This document shows, in pieces, positions 49,501-61,539 of a stretch of DNA of 64,000 bases (positions within the stretch are counted from its first letter, which is position 1; each line of letters begins with the position of its first letter). The translations under genes were made by a program, and so were the position numbers. The stretch is from Sumerlaeia bacterium (GTDB lineage Bacteria; Sumerlaeota; Sumerlaeia; SLMS01; JAHLLQ01), in assembly GCA_040219255.1 (NCBI GenBank), contig JAVJSW010000037.1, forward strand, positions 32,001 through 96,000. Direction: 5' to 3'. Under the pieces are notes generated by a model. That model was not told the origin of the DNA and ran no database searches. It saw only the letters and a program-made list of their open reading frames with translations.

Positions 49501-51418
49501 CGAAGCCATTGAACTCGCCCCCGGCGGTGACGCCCGGGGTGCCGTCGATATCCAGGCCATAGTTCAGCTTCACCAGGGCGCCGTCGTTGACCGCGTCGTG
49601 AACGTTGACGGTGTCGAGTTGGACTTCGATGGTGTTGCTGGAAACGATGTCGAGGGTGGTGAGGCGGCGTGTGCCTTCGGGGCGGCCGTCGTCGGGGTCG
49701 GGGCCGAGGGTGCCGCTGGCGTTGGTGATGGTGAGTGTGGAATCGGGAACCGCCGGGCCATAGACCACGAAGCCGCGGCCGTGGAAGTTGCCGTCGGTGC
49801 TGTTGCGGGGCACGCGCAGGCCGATGCGTCCATCGACCGCCACCGTATAGGTCTGCGGAATGTCATTGAAGACGTTGAGGACTGGATCGGCGGCGAAGCC
49901 GGTCAGTTCCACCAGCACGGTGCCGGGGGCGAAGCCGGTGTCGATGCCGCGCTCGTCGTAACCCGAATCGCCCCGGTCGTTGATGCCGACGATGCAGGAG
50001 TCAAGGCGCTCGTAGATATAGAGATCGCTATCGATGAAGCGCGTGTACTGGCTATTCTTCGCGTACACATCGTTGATTCCGACGAGATTGGTGATGACGC
50101 CGGAGCCGAAGTTGCCGAGGGCGTCGCCGCGTCCGTCCTTGGGGAAATCGCGTCCGCCGCCGAATTCTTTGGCGTTGTAATAAACGACTGGGAAGCCGGC
50201 TCGGGTCAGGATGAAAGCGTGGGGCAGGTTGCCGTAGCCGTTGAATTGGCCGGGGCCGAATTCGTCGTGGCTGCCGGCGAACATCACGCCCCGGGTGCCA
50301 TCGTTGGGGTTGCCGTCCACAGCGTCGTAGGTGTCGTGCTCGAGGAGGTGCATGTCGCCGAAGCCGCCGGCGTTGAAGACTTCGTCCATAGCGAAGAAGA
50401 GGGGGAAGTCGAGGACGTCGCGGTTTCCGAAGCCGTCTTTGCGGGTGTAGGCGGAGAGAACGGAGAAATCGCCGGTGAAGGCTTCGCCGAAGCTGAAGGG
50501 CGTGAAGGGCGATCCGGTGATTTGATCGCGGCCGAGATTATAGACGGCGCCATCGTAGAAGTCGTTCCAGAACCAGGTTGGGACGTGCTTCACGGCGTCG
50601 AGGCGGAAACCGTCGACGCCGTAGAGTTCGCTCATCCACTGCACATAGCGGAGCAGGAGGCCGACGGAGTTTTCGGCGACCGGGTCGCCGGCCAGGGGAT
50701 CGGCAAGATTGAAGGGATGACGGCCCCATTCCTGGGGAAGACCCTGGTCTGGGTAGAACTGGCGGTTGGATTCGCGGGGGGTTTCGCGGGGGATGTTGTT
50801 GCCGAAGCCGGGGACCGGGTGGCGGATGAACTGGTAATTCTTGCTCTGGTTGATGTCGATCAGGCCCGCCAGGCGGCCCTCCAAATCGCCGCCGGAGAAG
50901 GCGCTGTGAAAATCGCCGTCGGGATCGTCGACCGGATCGCCGGCCGCGGTGCTCAGGTAGGTGACGAAGCCGGGATAGCCACCGTTGATTTCGAAGTTGA
51001 AGGAGGAGCCATCGCGGAAACCGTTGTGGTTCAGCACCGTGTCGATGGTCAGCGACACCCCCGCGCGGTCCGTCTCCTCGGCGAAGTGGCGGAAGCCGGA
51101 CTCGGTGCCGTACAGGGTGCGGTCGTTTGGCGAGCCGAGGTTGAATCGGTCGAAGACGTCATAGCCGACGGAGAACCCGCCCGAGTCGGCTTTGCTTGGC
51201 GGCGGCACCCAGAGGACATCGTAGCCGGCCATGAAGACGTCGGGCATGCGGCGCTCGATGGTCTGCCAGGAGCCCTCGAAGTATTGCAGAATAACATCGC
51301 CGGCGGTTGCCGTGGCGGTGGTGAGGCCAAGGGCGAGGACGGCGAGGGGAAGGGTCAGTGAGGGACGGGTGTCAATTATTTTACCGGGGGACCGGCGGCC
51401 AAATCGGAGGGGTGGCAT
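46514..51418 (-). CDS. Large secreted GH13 alpha-amylase with multiple Ig-like, lamin-tail and C-terminal domains
   Basis: Signal peptide; VILQYFE, W.PPP.K, SVGYDVFDRF, DTVLNH, GFRLDAVKH, FGEAF, SHDE catalytic motifs; LTD VRINEI..DFVELYNP; ends GEWMLY; AGGAG RBS. Confidence 0.9.
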   Translation of the reverse strand: MPPLRFGRRSPGKIIDTRPSLTLPLAVLALGLTTATATAGDVILQYFEGSWQTIERRMPDVFMAGYDVLWVPPPSKADSGGFSVGYDVFDRFNLGSPNDRTLYGTESGFRHFAEETDRAGVSLTIDTVLNHNGFRDGSSFNFEINGGYPGFVTYLSTAAGDPVDDPDGDFHSAFSGGDLEGRLAGLIDINQSKNYQFIRHPVPGFGNNIPRETPRESNRQFYPDQGLPQEWGRHPFNLADPLAGDPVAENSVGLLLRYVQWMSELYGVDGFRLDAVKHVPTWFWNDFYDGAVYNLGRDQITGSPFTPFSFGEAFTGDFSVLSAYTRKDGFGNRDVLDFPLFFAMDEVFNAGGFGDMHLLEHDTYDAVDGNPNDGTRGVMFAGSHDEFGPGQFNGYGNLPHAFILTRAGFPVVYYNAKEFGGGRDFPKDGRGDALGNFGSGVITNLVGINDVYAKNSQYTRFIDSDLYIYERLDSCIVGINDRGDSGYDERGIDTGFAPGTVLVELTGFAADPVLNVFNDIPQTYTVAVDGRIGLRVPRNSTDGNFHGRGFVVYGPAVPDSTLTITNASGTLGPDPDDGRPEGTRRLTTLDIVSSNTIEVQLDTVNVHDAVNDGALVKLNYGLDIDGTPGVTAGGEFNGFDGFPNVSGAIGGPRSYTISIDATGLSEGYHYLETIAFRQRPANTPSLYDLQRKVIYLDRLPPTATLAFPTQTGSGDILTSSYEVVVDTHETANSVHILTNVPPAATDGDIFALLNGDNKSRQHDRTQWRQVLSGLTTGTYELTVVAFEETGNYSITRFDGIDADVPSPEVFLGYDADPSDGSVDFQPLPSLINDPAYPNDLVVRVRRSSGMGTIDFPADYSLTLQVDDSSPISAQPYNASLLPPLGVLVQNDQNLGDDFEEFRFLWRGYGTGNHTIRAVAELTSMASPPNEVIAFVDVDANTPGPSVVVTSPTPPATQSDPPTVTLNQPNSLTIEGLFQDNLAQSARIILDLGGDQLTVADIDAPASGPFTVTRPVSSYLQFDAIESGAIIVNTNAPNAKIRVQAATGPNLTGILSEATSAIGLTGYDPLPQRPPIFADGAFDTVISDGVLLASSPVDGGFVGVPGASGADFGGDGSLTEMRGLLRDNVLYIAVRGDMFGGSETNIDNGSFLYVDTNAGSSQGAVDIRNQLNDFADGLRGDISNAAFVLSGSLQGAGIAIDLIAGITAPGVGFGYALGSSDLPGGIGGSFTNFAYREDIVMSYGSSYGSFPAGQGATIQGPDAFLTQLPLLSHGSPDLSLMRFAAVTSSDAGYASPNMLPENPDPANPFDAFPNTQTITAMTILPFHPAVRINEIFTGSIDFVELYNPVPSAVDLGGWTLVFRDSAGLQAEYVFPSGTLIGASDYLVLSDEGGASPPAMGTLSPDLFVGFNIPWEQDRSGSLALLDDLGKGMDYLDWQDRSGSFSGQISRAVPYGTFFGGDITGAQSGAAAKAAQHSLARDVSSTDTDTATDWENTSGINSDGPSLGAANAGEPLWVDLISFTASATNPGEPVRIAWETGAEVGTIGFYIHRAVPSAAGNGWVAGDRVNTTIVPSLGSPSKGANYEITDPLPIADGETRGYFLIEVETQGFTANYGPAFATSGGGPARAGEWMLY

Positions 51419-51718
51419 CGGGGTTCTCCTGAATTTTAGGCGGGATAGGCGAAGCATTCCAAACCCGTTATGTATAGGTCAATGTCAGCGCTTCGACAAG
51501 GGGAAGTTCAGAGGGATCGAATCTTTTTGCGAGACAGCTTTTATTTTGAGATCATAGCACTTAGGGTTCGCGAGCGGATGATGACACTTTAGCGGGCGGG
51601 GCGGAAACGCAAAAACCCGTTGCGCTTGGGAGATAAGCGGGATAACTGTTGTCCATATTAGGAGTCGACGCCACCCGCGCCACCTCCCTCCACATTGCGC
51701 GAAAGGTCTTTGTCGCTC

Positions 51719-54700
51719 ATGACCCGCACTCGAGTTCTCGATGCCAACGAGGCGGTGGCTCGCGTGGCCTATGCCGCCAGCGAAGTCATCGCCATCTATC
51801 CGATCACGCCCTCCTCTTCGATGGGCGAACATGCCGACGCCTGGGGCGCGGCGAGTCAGCCGAATCTGTGGGGCGCCGTTCCGCAGGTGGTGGAGATGGA
51901 GAGCGAAACCGGCGCCGCCGGAGCCGTTCACGGGGCGCTGCAGACCGGCGCCCTGACGACGACGTTCACGGCGAGCCAGGGTCTGCTGCTGATGATTCCG
52001 AACATGTACAAGATCGCGGGTGAGTTGACGCCCTTTGTGATGCACGTCGCCGCCCGCAGTGTGGCGACGCATGCGCTGTCGATCTTTGGCGATCACAGCG
52101 ACGTGATGGCGGCGCGGCAGACCGGCTTCGCGCAGCTTTGCTCGGCTTCGGTGCAGGAAGCGCAGGACTTCGCCGCCATCGCCCATGCGGCGACGCTGGC
52201 GGCGCGGTTGCCGTTTCTGCATTTCTTCGATGGGTTCCGCACGAGCCATGAACTGGCGACCATCGAGGAGTTGAGCGAGGACGCGATGCGGCGCCTGATC
52301 GATCCGCGCCACATCCAAGCCCACCGCCGCCGGGGCATGACCCCCGACCGGCCGGATATTCGCGGAACGGCTCAGAACCCGGACGTGTTCTTCCAGAGCC
52401 GGGAAGCGGCCAACCCCTACTATATCGCCTGCCCTCTGATCGTGCAGGGCATGATGGACGCATTCGCCCAGATCGCCGGGCGTCAGTATCACCTGTTCGA
52501 CTATGTCGGCGCGCCTGACGCGGACCGCGTGATCGTGATGATGGGTTCGGCCTGCACGGCGACCGAAGAAACGATCGGGCGCCTGCGCTCGGAGGGCGAG
52601 AAAGTGGGCCTTCTCAAGGTGCGCCTGTTCCGTCCCTTCAGCACCGCCGACTTCCTGGACGCTTTGCCGCGCACCGTGAAGTCCATCGCCGTGCTCGACC
52701 GCACCAAGGAACCGGGCGCGGTGGGCGAACCGCTGTTCCAGGATGTGGCTTCGACCCTGATGGAGGCCTTCGGCCATGGTGTTTCGCCCTTCGAGACGAT
52801 GCCCCGGGTCATTCGCGGCCGCTACGGGTTGTCCTCCAAAGAATTCACTCCCGCCATGGCCAAGGCCGTTTATGACGAGTTAGCCAGCAAACACCCGCTG
52901 GGCCAGTTCACCGTGGGCATCACCGACGATGTGACGCACATGAGCCTGGCGGTGGACCCGGCCTTCTGCACCGAAGCGGACGATACCTACCGCGCGGTGT
53001 TTTTTGGGCTGGGCAGCGACGGCACCGTGGGGGCGACGAAGAACACGATCAAGATTCTCGGCAACGAACGCGGTGGCCACTCGCAGGGCTTCTTTGTTTA
53101 CGACTCGAAGAAATCGGGTTCGATGACGACGTCGCACCTGCGTTTCAGTCACGAGCCGATCAACAGCAGTTATCTGATCAGCGAAGCCAACTTTGTCTCG
53201 TGCAGCCAATGGCCCTTCGTCGAGCGCGTCGATATCCTCGACTGCGCGGCGCCGGGCGCGGTGGTGCTGCTGAACTCGCATTACGGGCCAGAGCACGTGT
53301 GGGACGAACTGCCCGCGCCGGTGCAACAGCACATCGTGGAAAAGAAGCTGCGGCTGTTCACCGTGGATGCCTTTCACATCGCCAAGGAACTGGGCCTGGG
53401 CCGGAAGATCAACACGGTGATGCAGGCCGCGTTCTTCGCCGCCACCAAGGTCTTGCCGCTGGAAAAGGCGGTGCCGGCGATGAAGGCGTTGATCGCGAAG
53501 AGCTATGGCAAGCTGGGGCCGGCAGTGGTGGAGAAGAATTGCGCCGCGGTGGACCAGGCGCTGGAGGGCGTGGCGGAAGTCGCGGTTCCGGATCACGCCA
53601 CGTCGGCGCGGCCGATGGCGCCGCCGGTATCCGCCGGCGCGCCGGAATTCGTGCGCGATGTGTTGGGCATGATCATCGCCGGCCGGGGCGACAGCCTGCC
53701 GGTGAGCGCCCTGCCGGCCGACGGCAATTTCCCCTGCGGAACGACGCAGTACGAAAAGCGCAACATCGCCCAGGAACTGCCGGTGCTCGACCCGGCGCTC
53801 TGCATCCAATGCGGCAAGTGCGTCATGGCCTGTCCCCACGCGGCGATCCGGGCCAAGCTCTACGACGCCGCGGAAGTTCCCGCCGCGCCGGAGACCTTCA
53901 AGACCGCGCCGTCGAAGTGGCCGGAACGAAAGGAAGCGACCTTCGCCCTGCAAGTGGCTCCGGAGGACTGCACCGGTTGCCAGCTCTGCGCCGAAGTCTG
54001 TCCCGCCAAAGACCGCCAGAACCCGGAGCACAAAGCCCTGGTGATGGTGGCGGCGGAGGACGACCTGAAGGAACGGGAGAAGGTCAATTGGGAGTACTTC
54101 CTGAGTCTGCCGCAGGCCAATCGGGGCGCCTTGAACCAAACCCGGGTCAAGGACGTGCAGCTCCTCGAGCCGCTCTTTGAATTTTCCGGCGCGTGCTCGG
54201 GCTGTGGCGAAACCCCTTACCTGCGGACGCTGACCCAACTCTTCGGTGACCGCATGATGGTGGCGAACGCGACCGGCTGCTCGTCGATCTTTGGCGGGAA
54301 CCTGCCGACGACGCCTTGGCGGGCGAACGCCGAGGGGCGCGGTCCCGCCTGGGCGAATTCGCTCTTCGAGGACAATGCCGAGTTCGGCCTCGGAATGCGG
54401 GTGGCGCTGGATCAGCGCATCTTGGCGGCGATCGAACTTCTCAAGAAACTGCAAGACCGCGTGGGGGCCGAATTGGCCGGCGAGATCGTGAACGCGGAGC
54501 AGGCGACGGACGCGGACATCGCGGCCCAGCGGCAGCGCGTGGTGGAACTGCGCCGCCGCCTGGCGGATTTCGATGAGCCCGCGGCGCGGGAGCTGGACTC
54601 ACTGGCGGACTCGCTTGTCCGCAAGTCGGTCTGGATCGTCGGCGGCGACGGCTGGGCCTACGACATCGGTTTCGGGGGTCTGGACCACGTCCTGGCATCC

Positions 54701-55285
54701 GGGCGGAACGTGAACGTGCTGGTGCTCGATACGGAGGTGTACTCCAACACCGGCGGTCAGTCCTCAAAAGCCACGCCCCGGGGCGCGGTGGCCAAGTTCG
54801 CCGCCAGTGGCAAACCCGCCGCCAAGAAAGACCTGGCGCTGCAAGTGATGAGCTATGGCACGATCTACGTCGCCCGCATCAGCATGGGGGCCAACGACGC
54901 CCACACGTTGCGCGTCTTGCAGGAAGCGGAGTCCTACAACGGTCCCTCGCTGGTGCTGGCGTACGCGCACTGCATCGCCCACGGCATGGATTTGTGTCAT
55001 GGCTTCGATCAGCAGAAAGCGGCTGTCGCCACGGGCCACTGGCCGCTGCTGCGCTTCGACCCGCGTCTGGCGGAGCAGGGCAAGAACCCGCTACAGCTCG
55101 ACTCCAAGGCGCCGAAGATGGCCCTGCGGGAGTACACGGAGAAAGAAGGGCGGTATCAGATTCTGGCGCGGCGCAACCCGGAGCGCTCCTCGGCGTTGCT
55201 GGACGCGGCGGAGAAAGACATCGCCGAGCGCTGGCGCCTGTACCATCATCTGGCGTCCCTGGAACCGGGCGAGACACTGATCTAA
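51719..55285 (+). CDS. nifJ: Pyruvate:ferredoxin (flavodoxin) oxidoreductase
   Basis: IYPITPSS, TFTASQGLLLMIPNMYKIAGE, GLGSDGTVG, two CxxCxxCxxxCP clusters, FSGACSGCGE, GGDGWAYDIG, YSNTGGQ. Confidence 0.97.
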   Translation: MTRTRVLDANEAVARVAYAASEVIAIYPITPSSSMGEHADAWGAASQPNLWGAVPQVVEMESETGAAGAVHGALQTGALTTTFTASQGLLLMIPNMYKIAGELTPFVMHVAARSVATHALSIFGDHSDVMAARQTGFAQLCSASVQEAQDFAAIAHAATLAARLPFLHFFDGFRTSHELATIEELSEDAMRRLIDPRHIQAHRRRGMTPDRPDIRGTAQNPDVFFQSREAANPYYIACPLIVQGMMDAFAQIAGRQYHLFDYVGAPDADRVIVMMGSACTATEETIGRLRSEGEKVGLLKVRLFRPFSTADFLDALPRTVKSIAVLDRTKEPGAVGEPLFQDVASTLMEAFGHGVSPFETMPRVIRGRYGLSSKEFTPAMAKAVYDELASKHPLGQFTVGITDDVTHMSLAVDPAFCTEADDTYRAVFFGLGSDGTVGATKNTIKILGNERGGHSQGFFVYDSKKSGSMTTSHLRFSHEPINSSYLISEANFVSCSQWPFVERVDILDCAAPGAVVLLNSHYGPEHVWDELPAPVQQHIVEKKLRLFTVDAFHIAKELGLGRKINTVMQAAFFAATKVLPLEKAVPAMKALIAKSYGKLGPAVVEKNCAAVDQALEGVAEVAVPDHATSARPMAPPVSAGAPEFVRDVLGMIIAGRGDSLPVSALPADGNFPCGTTQYEKRNIAQELPVLDPALCIQCGKCVMACPHAAIRAKLYDAAEVPAAPETFKTAPSKWPERKEATFALQVAPEDCTGCQLCAEVCPAKDRQNPEHKALVMVAAEDDLKEREKVNWEYFLSLPQANRGALNQTRVKDVQLLEPLFEFSGACSGCGETPYLRTLTQLFGDRMMVANATGCSSIFGGNLPTTPWRANAEGRGPAWANSLFEDNAEFGLGMRVALDQRILAAIELLKKLQDRVGAELAGEIVNAEQATDADIAAQRQRVVELRRRLADFDEPAARELDSLADSLVRKSVWIVGGDGWAYDIGFGGLDHVLASGRNVNVLVLDTEVYSNTGGQSSKATPRGAVAKFAASGKPAAKKDLALQVMSYGTIYVARISMGANDAHTLRVLQEAESYNGPSLVLAYAHCIAHGMDLCHGFDQQKAAVATGHWPLLRFDPRLAEQGKNPLQLDSKAPKMALREYTEKEGRYQILARRNPERSSALLDAAEKDIAERWRLYHHLASLEPGETLI

Positions 55286-55470
55286 AGCCAGAAACGACAA
55301 GGACTCAGGGAGAATGTCCGCCCGCCCATTGGGCGAGCGGGAGGGATGAGAATCTTGACTTTGGGAAAAACATGACAAGTTTTGTCCAGATTGTCGTTTT
55401 CCCTTGAGTCCGACATTTTTCATCCGATATATCAGCGCCGACCCAAGAGAATGAAAGGGATCAGAGAACA

Positions 55471-57672
55471 ATGGCTGACACGGCAGGAAACGCGGGAACT
55501 GTGGACGATAAAGGGGCGGGTTCGCACGACAGACTCAATTTGCGCGAAGAGTTTCCTCTTCCCAAGGCGGGTGAGTGGCGGGCCCTCGCCGAGCGCGATT
55601 TGAACGGCGCCGACTTTGACAAGAAGCTTGTCTGGAGGCCCACCGACAAGGTGGCGATTCCTCCGATGGTGACCGCCGAGGAGACGAAGGGGAACCGCCT
55701 GCCGGACGGCGCGCCGGGCTCCGCTCCCTTCCTGCGCGGCACTCGCAAACCCGATGCCGGAGCGGCCGACTGGCTGATCCATCAGGAAGTGGACGAGGCG
55801 ACGCCGGAAGAGGCGAACGCGACGATCCAGGACGGGCTCGCCCGCGGGCTCGGTTCGGTTTCTTTGATTCTCGACAAAGCGGCGCGCCAGGGCTTGGAAA
55901 CAGACCTGAGCGATGTGAGCGACATGATCGGCCGGGGCGGATGTACGCTCAGTTCGATCAATGGCCTGCGGATTGCGCTGGCGGATGTGGATCTGGGCCA
56001 TGTGCCGATGATCCTGCACGGCGGCCAGGCGGCGCTGCCGGTTCTGGCCCTGTGGCTCGCACTGGCGGAAGAACGGGACGTGGCGTGGCATCGGCTGCGC
56101 GGCGGCCTGGATTTCGATCCGCTGGCGGCGCTGGCGGAATTCGGCGAGTTGCGCGCGCCACTGGACCTGTACTGGCGCATCGGCGCCGACCTGGTGAAGT
56201 TCTGCCGCGACAACGCCCACGGTATCCGGCCCTTGCGGGTTTCCAGCGCTCCCTATCATAACGCTGGCGCTTCGGCGTCTCAGGAACTGGCGGCCGCGCT
56301 GGCGGCCGGGGCGGAGTGGCTGCGGAACCTGGATGCCCAGGGCATCGCTCCCGCGGAAACGGCCAAGGCGATTACCTTTAGCTTCCCGGTGGGTTCGAGC
56401 CTGTTCCTGGAAGCGGGCAAGCTGCGGGCCGCCCGCTCTCTCTGGGCCAAGATCGTCCGCGCGTTCGGCGTGGAGGATGAAGACGCCCAGCGCATGGTCC
56501 TCTACGCGCGGACCAGTTCGTTCAACAAGACGACTTACGATCCTTACAACAACATGGTGCGGACGGCGCTGGAAGCTTTCGCCGGCGCTGCCGCCGGGTG
56601 CGATGCGCTGACCGTGACGCGTTTCGACGAGACGGTGCGGCCAGCGTCTGAGTTCAGCCGCCGCGTGGCCCGCAACCAGCAGCTCTTGCTGAAGCACGAG
56701 GCGTTCATGACGAAGGTTTCAGACCCGATGGGCGGGAGCTACGCCCTGGAAGCGCTGACCGATTCGCTGGGACGGGAAGCCTGGGAGTTGCTGCAGGGCA
56801 TCGAGCGCGAGGGCGGCCTGGGGGCGGCCCTGATCGAGGGCAACGTGCAGAAGCAAATCGCCGCCACCGCCGAGCGCCGCTTCGCTCGCCTGGGCGCGCG
56901 CCGTGACTCGATCGTGGGCGTGACCAATTACGCGAACCCGAAGGAAGAGCTGCCGAAGGCCCCGCCGGAAGCGCCGCGGGAGGAGTATCTGGCCGAGCGC
57001 TACCGCCGCATTCAGCGCCTGAAGTCGATGCGCAAGAACAGCGAGGTGCGACGCAAGTTGCTGGAACTGACCTCGGCGGGCAACGAACCGGATCGCAATC
57101 TCGTCGCTCTGGCGGTGGACGCGGCCCAGGAAGGAGCAACGCTGGGAGAGATGGCGACGGCGATTTTCCAGAGCCGCTGGACCGAGTCGCCGGCCGTGGC
57201 GACTCCCATGTATCTGGAACGGATCGACCGTGATTTCGAGGCGCTGCGCCGCAAGGCCGACAAGGTTCGCGCGGAAACGGGTTCTCTGCCCCAGGTCTTC
57301 CTGGTTCCGATGGGGCCGACGGTGATGCGGCGCGCGCGGGTCGGTTTCAGCCACGGGTTCTTCGCCGCGGGCGGGTTCGAAACGGTGGAACCGGAACCCT
57401 TTGAAACGCCAGAGGCCGCCGCGGAGGCCGCCGCCGCCAGTGGCGCCAAGGTTGCGGTGCTGTGCAGCGACGACGAGTCCTACGCGAAGATCGCGAAGCC
57501 CTTCGCCGCAGCGTTCCGGGCCAAGGTGCCGGACGCCTGCGTCATCGTCGCCGGGTATCCGGCGGACGCGGTCGAGGGCCTGAAAGCCGATGGGGTGGAT
57601 GACTTCATCCATCTGCGGGCCAACACGCTGGAAATGCTCCGCGGGCTGCAAGTCCGTCTGGGAATCGCCTAA
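55471..57672 (+). CDS. mutA: Methylmalonyl-CoA mutase small (non-catalytic beta) subunit
   Basis: [46 protein letters not shown]; the C-terminal domain lacks DxHxxG. Confidence 0.88.
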   Translation: MADTAGNAGTVDDKGAGSHDRLNLREEFPLPKAGEWRALAERDLNGADFDKKLVWRPTDKVAIPPMVTAEETKGNRLPDGAPGSAPFLRGTRKPDAGAADWLIHQEVDEATPEEANATIQDGLARGLGSVSLILDKAARQGLETDLSDVSDMIGRGGCTLSSINGLRIALADVDLGHVPMILHGGQAALPVLALWLALAEERDVAWHRLRGGLDFDPLAALAEFGELRAPLDLYWRIGADLVKFCRDNAHGIRPLRVSSAPYHNAGASASQELAAALAAGAEWLRNLDAQGIAPAETAKAITFSFPVGSSLFLEAGKLRAARSLWAKIVRAFGVEDEDAQRMVLYARTSSFNKTTYDPYNNMVRTALEAFAGAAAGCDALTVTRFDETVRPASEFSRRVARNQQLLLKHEAFMTKVSDPMGGSYALEALTDSLGREAWELLQGIEREGGLGAALIEGNVQKQIAATAERRFARLGARRDSIVGVTNYANPKEELPKAPPEAPREEYLAERYRRIQRLKSMRKNSEVRRKLLELTSAGNEPDRNLVALAVDAAQEGATLGEMATAIFQSRWTESPAVATPMYLERIDRDFEALRRKADKVRAETGSLPQVFLVPMGPTVMRRARVGFSHGFFAAGGFETVEPEPFETPEAAAEAAAASGAKVAVLCSDDESYAKIAKPFAAAFRAKVPDACVIVAGYPADAVEGLKADGVDDFIHLRANTLEMLRGLQVRLGIA

Positions 57673-57704
57673 CCCTTCGAGAGAACGCCAAAAGAGGTCG
57701 TCCA

Positions 57705-59879
<2,175 letters not shown>

Positions 59880-59908
59880 GAGCCGCGAAGTTCGCCCGCC
59901 AACCCCCA

Positions 59909-59959
59909 CTGAAACCCAAGCTCCGAATCCCAAGCACCGAAACCGAAGTTCTGGAATCC
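59909..59959. repeat. Degenerate 7/14-nt-period intergenic repeat
   Basis: ctgaaac ccaagct ccgaatc ccaagca ccgaaac cgaagtt ctggaat between scpA and meaB. Confidence 0.55.
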
Positions 59960-59961
59960 TC

Positions 59962-61077
59962 ATGTGCGCCTCCTCGACAGACCAACCCGGCACCACGCCC
60001 CGCGTCCTACCGGCCGCCGTGGCGCCACAAGGTCCGGCGTTGCGGCGGCGGGGCGTCCGGCGGGTTCTCGAGGCGAAGGACTACATCGACGGCATTCGGT
60101 GCTGTGACCGGGGCATTCTGGGGCGGGCCTTTTCCTTGATGGAGAGTCACGTACCGGCCCACCGGGTGGTGGCGTCGGAGGTTCTCAACGGCATTCTTTC
60201 GCGCACGGGGAACGCGGTGCGGCTCGGCATCAGCGGCGTTCCCGGGGCGGGCAAGAGCACGCTGATCGAGGCGCTGGGGATGAAGCTCACCGGCAAGGGG
60301 CATAAGGTCGCGGTGCTGGCGGTCGATCCGTCGAGTGCCATCAGCGGCGGCAGCATCCTGGGCGACAAGACGCGCATGGAGAAGCTGGCGTTGCATGAGT
60401 CGGCGATGGTTCGTCCCAGCGCGGCGGGCCGGCTGTTGGGCGGGGTGGCTCGCGGGACGCGCGAGAGCGTCCTGGTTTGCGAAGCGGCCGGCTACGACGT
60501 GGTCATTGTGGAAACAGTGGGCGTGGGGCAGTCGGAAAGCGCCGTGGCCAGCATGGTGGACTTTTTCCTTCTGCTGATGCTGACCGGCGGGGGCGACGAG
60601 CTTCAGGGCATCAAGCGGGGCGTGCTGGAGTTGGCGGATGGCATCGCGATCAACAAGGCGGATGGCGAGAACGCCCGCCGCGCCCAGGTCGCCTGCACGG
60701 AGCTACGTTCCGCGCTTCGGCTACTTCGGCCCAGCGACGGGGCGCACTGGGCGCCCAAGGTTCTGCCTTGCTCGGCGGTGACCGGTGTGGGTCTGGACGA
60801 TCTGTGGCAAATGGTACGCGACTACGAAGCCGTGATGAAAGAAACGGGCCGGCGGTCGGAAAAACGGCGACTCCAGGCCGCGCAGTGGATGACCCAGGCG
60901 ACGGAAGCGCTCGTTCTCGAACGCTTTTTCGCCCAGGACGCCGTACGCCAGGAGCGCGAGGCGCTGCGCCATGCCGTGGAGGAGGGCCAAATGGCGCCTC
61001 TGGCGGCGGCGGAGCGCCTGGCGGCCCTGGCCCAACATAGTACATCTTCCGAAAAGAAAGGAACGAGGGAATCATGA
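59962..61077 (+). CDS. meaB: Methylmalonyl-CoA mutase-associated GTPase MeaB
   Basis: GISGVPGAGKST, AVDPSS..SGGSILGDKTRM, ETVGVGQSE, GDELQGIKRG, NKAD. Start uncertain. Confidence 0.95.
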   Translation: MCASSTDQPGTTPRVLPAAVAPQGPALRRRGVRRVLEAKDYIDGIRCCDRGILGRAFSLMESHVPAHRVVASEVLNGILSRTGNAVRLGISGVPGAGKSTLIEALGMKLTGKGHKVAVLAVDPSSAISGGSILGDKTRMEKLALHESAMVRPSAAGRLLGGVARGTRESVLVCEAAGYDVVIVETVGVGQSESAVASMVDFFLLLMLTGGGDELQGIKRGVLELADGIAINKADGENARRAQVACTELRSALRLLRPSDGAHWAPKVLPCSAVTGVGLDDLWQMVRDYEAVMKETGRRSEKRRLQAAQWMTQATEALVLERFFAQDAVRQEREALRHAVEEGQMAPLAAAERLAALAQHSTSSEKKGTRES

Positions 61078-61487
61078 TTCAGGCCAAAGCGATCAATCAT
61101 TTGGGCATCGCTGTCACTTCTCTGGACGACCAGCGCGAGTACTACGAGAAGGTGCTCGGAGCGCAATTCGAGGGAATCGAAGAGGTCCCGACGCAGAAGG
61201 TCCGCGTGGCCTTCTATCGCGTGGGGGATGTGAAGCTGGAATTGCTGGAGCCGACGGCGGACGACAGCCCGATCGCCAAATTCATCGAGAAGAAGGGTCC
61301 GGGGTTGCATCACATCGCCTACACAGTGGATGATATCCAGGCACGTTTGGACGAGCTGAAGAACGGCGGCGTGAAGTTGATCGACGAGACGCCGCGGCCG
61401 GGCGCGCATGACACGCGAATCGCCTTCCTTCATCCGAAATCGAGCGCCGGGGTTCTCACCGAATTGTGCGAGCCGAAAGCTCACTAA
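61074..61487 (+). CDS. mce: Methylmalonyl-CoA epimerase
   Basis: INHLGIAV, LELLEP, GPGLHHIAY.V, AFLHPKS..GVL.EL. Confidence 0.95.
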   Translation: MIQAKAINHLGIAVTSLDDQREYYEKVLGAQFEGIEEVPTQKVRVAFYRVGDVKLELLEPTADDSPIAKFIEKKGPGLHHIAYTVDDIQARLDELKNGGVKLIDETPRPGAHDTRIAFLHPKSSAGVLTELCEPKAH

Positions 61488-61539
61488 GCCCACCGAAACA
61501 GAACTTTTTCTCTCCGGAACTTCACGAGGAGTCCCAACC

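Noticed and set aside
48359-51361. 1000-aa ORF and similar long opposite-strand ORFs (2161-3930, 24937-27081, 31848-33941, 39037-41490, 57849-59996)
   Set aside because: Each mirrors a recognisable gene on the other strand and has the composition expected of antisense frames.
55355-55386. TTGACT plus a GACAA-gtt-TTGTC palindrome upstream of mutA as promoter/operator or cobalamin riboswitch
   Set aside because: The palindrome is short and single-copy, there is no clear -10, and I see no B12-box or room for a cobalamin riboswitch.
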